From: Macrostomum lignano
Taxonomy: Eukaryota
Assembly: GCA_002269645.1 (NCBI GenBank)
Contig: NIVC01000015.1
Coordinates: forward strand, 9,438 to 73,437
Length of the DNA: 64,000 nt
Direction of reading: 5' to 3'
Shown: in pieces, positions 60,382-64,000 of the stretch
Layout: every line of letters begins with the position of its first letter
Numbering within the stretch: the stretch's first letter is position 1
Notes under the pieces: model-generated
The model's database searches: none
Told to the model about the DNA's origin: nothing
The model's input: the letters and a program-made list of their open reading frames with translations, nothing else
Translations under genes and position numbers: made by a program

Positions 60382-61365
60382 CACTGACCCAGCTGAGCTC
60401 ACTGGCTGGGAGGGGCACTGACCCCAGCTGAGCTCACTGGCTGGGGGGGTCACTGACCCAGCTGAGCTCACTGGCTGGGAGGGGCACTGACCCCAGCTGA
60501 GCTCACTGGCTGGGAGGGGCACTGACCCCAGCTGAGCTCACTGGCTGGGGGGAGCACTGACCTCAGCTGAGTGACTGGCTAGGAGGAAGCACTGACCGCA
60601 GCTGAGTGACTGGCTGGGAGGAAGCACTGACCTCAGCTGAGTGACTGGCTGGGAGGGTGGCACTGACCTCAGCTGAGTGACTGGCTGGGAGGGTGGCACT
60701 GACCTCAGCTGAGTGACTGGCTGGGAGGGGCACTGACCTCAGCTGAGTGACTGGCTGGGAGGGGGCACTGACCTCAGCTGAGTGACTGGCTGGGAGGGGG
60801 CACTGACCTCAGCTGAGTGACTGGCTTGGAGGGGGCACTGACCTCAGCTGAGTGACTGGCTGGGAGGGGGGCACTGACCTCAGCTGAGTGACTGGCTGGA
60901 GGGGGGCACTGACCTCAGCTGAGTGACTGGCTGGGAGGGGGCACTGACCTCAGCTGAGTGACTGGCTGGGAGGGGGCACTGACCTCAGCTGAGTGACTGG
61001 CTGGGAGGGGGCACTGACCTCAGCTGAGTGACTGGCTGGGAGGGGGCACTGACCTCAGCTGAGTGACTGGCTGGGAGGGGGCACTGACCTCAGCTGAGTG
61101 ACTGGCTGGGAGGGGGCACTGACCTCAGCTGAGTGACTGGCTGGGAGGGGGGCACTGACCTCAGCTGAGTGACTGGCTGGGAGGGTGGCACTGACCTCAG
61201 CTGAGTGACTGGCTGGGAGGGGGCACTGACCTCAGCTGAGTGACTGGCTGGGAGGGGGCACTGACCTCAGCTGAGTGACTGGCTGGGAGGGGGCACTGAC
61301 CTCAGCTGAGTGACTGGCTGGGAGGGGGGCACTGACCTCTGCTGAGTGACTGGCTGGGAGGAAGC
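60382..61365. repeat. About 35-bp minisatellite CTGACCTCAGCTGAGTGACTGGCTGGGAGGGGGCA
   Basis: About 28 copies; each contains the CTCAGCTGAG palindrome. Confidence 0.93.
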
Positions 61366-61792
61366 ACCAGTGGTGGGAGTGAGGAGTGCCCATTTTTTTC
61401 GCGCCTACGATTTTTTTGCGCCGCAAGTTTTTTTGTGTCAATCTTTTTTTGCCATACATTGACTATATAATGTTCAAAAGAGTAACTCTGAAAAAAAACG
61501 ATTGTTGTGTTGTTGCAACAGCTTGACTATAATTTAACATCGTAGTCGTAGACAATAGTGCGCCACTCGCACTCGTGGGTCTCGTGTATTGCATTTTATT
61601 AGGTCTTACAAATGAATTATTTAAATGAAAGTTATTGAATTGCTAAAGATTAAATTCGAAATAATCGTAACTTGCAATTTTTATATTTCAAGCTAGACTA
61701 AATCTAATATATGAAATCGAAAGCTCTATACGAGAGCGTATCTAACTTTGGAAGATGTCATTTTAAGCAAGTAAAAGGCAACTAACATAGCA

Positions 61793-64000
61793 TTAGCCTT
61801 TCTGTTGAACGCTTTCTGGCAGAGGGTTCGACAATGACTGCTCAATAGCTCGACGCTTGAGCACCGTCTCAGTGATTTTCTCGGCCTGTTTCAGCTTCTT
61901 CTTCTGCAGCTTGTCTTGTCTGTGTCGCAGGTCGTCCAGCTCACGATCTCGGTCCTCCTTCGCCTTAGTCATTTCCAGCAACAGCTTCTGAGCGTCATCC
62001 CTCTGCTTCTGCTTCTTCTTTATCTGCTCGTTAGTCTCCAGAACAGAATTTTCTAAGTCTGTGAATGTCTTGCTTACGCTTTTCTCGTTTCGAATTTCGG
62101 AGAGGACACTCTTCTCGAGCTCTTCCCTCTTCTTGCGCTCCTCTTCTTGCTTCTCTTCTTCCAGCCGTCGGCGGTACGCAGCATAGGCGCTGTTGCACAG
62201 GTTCTGCAACCTAAGCGAGACTGGTAGCGTAGCAGCTGTCCAACATTTAGCAGCAAGGCAAGAGCGCGCGACGACTAGTGCCTTAATGGTGTGCGCTCCA
62301 GGACTGGAGCGCTTCTTTGTAACGACATCATTAAGATTGCTGAAAATTCTCTCGACTTCCGCGTTGCCGTGCGGCAAGACGAATAGCACACGTACTATGC
62401 GCATAAGAAGTGGGCGATTGCCAACTGCGGCGACCTTTCCCCAGAAGTTACTAGCCGATTCGGATTCAATGTCTAACTCAGCAATCAGCACATCTTGTTG
62501 ATGAGCACGAGCCTCAACTCGCAACGTGTCGAGCTCGCTTGCTGTCATGATCGTCGGTAGCTGCCTGGCAATGGTATCAACCCACTGAACAAACCGATCG
62601 TTTGTCTGCTTTTTCGGATCCAGCAGTTGGCAGGCACGAAGAGTGGAGCTGCTCAGCGGCAAATATTCAAAGAGTTTCTCTGTTCCCTTTACAAAGAACG
62701 CTTTCACCAAAGCTAGACAGGCCTGTTGGTCACTAGCAGACATCTCAATGAAGAGACGCCTGGCCTGCTCCCCCATGCCGATTTGCAGATGGGGCAGCCA
62801 AATCGAACTGTCCTTTAAATCCAGCTTCCAGACTTTGGCGGGTAGTTTGACTGGCGAGACAAAGCGCAACAGCCAGCAGCGTGTCAGGTCATTTAGCACT
62901 TCGTACAGCCGGAATATTTGGCAGTCTTCTTGTTGGAACAACAGCTCGAACTTCTGCAGAGGACGCAAAACTTCGACCAAAAATAGAAGAAAAAATTCGA
63001 CTTTGGGGTCACGAACTTGGACCTTGAGTGTGCTAAATTTTGCGCCATGCTCCTTAGTCGCGGAGTCGAAGAAGTACTTTTTAGAGGCTCTAACAGTCGC
63101 AAAACTCGTTCAACTACCGGCAACAGCTGCAGCCAACGGTGTCAACTGGCCGAATAAATGCCAGCTTTCGCACTTCATCGAATTCAGTTGCAATGACATG
63201 TAAGCGGTCCTTTTCGTCGAGCGAAAACTTGAAGTGGCAATAGAGGTCGCGCACTAGTGTCTCTACGCTGAGACCTAAGTCCGAAGCGTCGCAAGCGTAC
63301 TTCGCGGCGTTGTGGATGTGATGAAGGCTGCAGCCGCCTACATCAATGATATTTCGAAGGTCATCCAAAGTCGAACTACTACTCCGCTCTTGGAGCCCCG
63401 CATGGTGTTGCAGCTGTCCGACATCACTCCGACACACTTTGACTTGTCGAGGTTGCACTCCGAAATCGTCTGCAAAACAGAAGCAGAAATAGCTGCGGCA
63501 GTTGTAGAAGACAGCATAGGCAAATCTATGCAGACTGATTTGGCCTTCATGGTTTTTTCGGTACTATTTTCTGAAAGATATCGCAGAAGGATGCCGAGAA
63601 ACTTTCCATTCTTATTGGCTTCATCAATTTGCACTGAAAAAAAGCCTGAGTCTGGTGACTTGCTGTTGCTGCAAACATCGGCCAGAATAACCTCTTTCAG
63701 GTAGGGAAAGAGGCCGTGAGACACGAGGTAAGAAATCTTCGATCGATGAAGCTGCATTGCAGTCGGAAACTTGGAGTCGGGACAAATCGCACGTAAGTCC
63801 TCAACGGCGTCATCCTCAGACTCAAAGCTACGATTTTTAATAATAATCCTTGTGATAAAACGAATTTCCGAGACTTTCGCAGAGTGACTTAAAGTCGTTT
63901 GGCTCGCAAGACCCGTCAATACTCTGATCAGCCTGGCCTGCGGATGCCCCTGCCATCACATCTTGAGGGAGCTGCTGCTCCGACGGGCCTTCGAAAATTT
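61793..64000 (-). mobile_element. hAT-superfamily DNA transposon transposase (5' part beyond window edge), three -1 frameshifts
   Basis: CPDSK...RSKISYLVSHGLFPY, first catalytic D (VQIDEA), second D (SDSCNTMRGSKSGV), CSLH (CxxH), DT(R)W, and LPHGNAEVERIFS (catalytic E / hATC region), followed by a long C-terminal coiled coil. Confidence 0.88.

Noticed and set aside
877-61365. CRISPR-like regular repeats
   Set aside because: Units are head-to-tail without unique spacers, there are no cas genes, and the context is eukaryotic.

Overview
Eukaryotic, intron-rich, very tandem-repeat-rich invertebrate DNA. The gene style and repeat load resemble the flatworm Macrostomum, but this is inference and cannot be verified here. 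Gene models were rebuilt by hand from GT/AG sites and phase matching: (1) a 3-exon class A peptide-type GPCR (+, 472-7002) with an apparent 1-bp deletion in helix 8; (2) an intronless SLC22 transporter pseudogene (+, 13624-15229); (3) a scratch zinc-finger gene (+, 19188-23458); (4) an 8-exon adhesion GPCR (-, 52086-31934) with an unrecognised Cys-rich ectodomain and a GPS motif lacking both conserved tryptophans; (5) a J-domain gene with a TTC31-like coiled coil (+, 57276 to beyond 60240), head-to-head with the adhesion GPCR; (6) a hAT transposase (-, 61793 to the window end) whose three frameshifts are all single-base losses in short base runs. About 35 distinct mini/microsatellite arrays fill most introns and spacers and produce most of the long ORFs in the supplied track, which are artefacts. 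Also present are nested hAT MITEs, a foldback-like inverted array and a tRNA-derived SINE. I see no clear-cut new multi-gene system. The best leads are the two unusual protein architectures, the possibly intact transposase, and the links between repeats, splice sites and MITEs.
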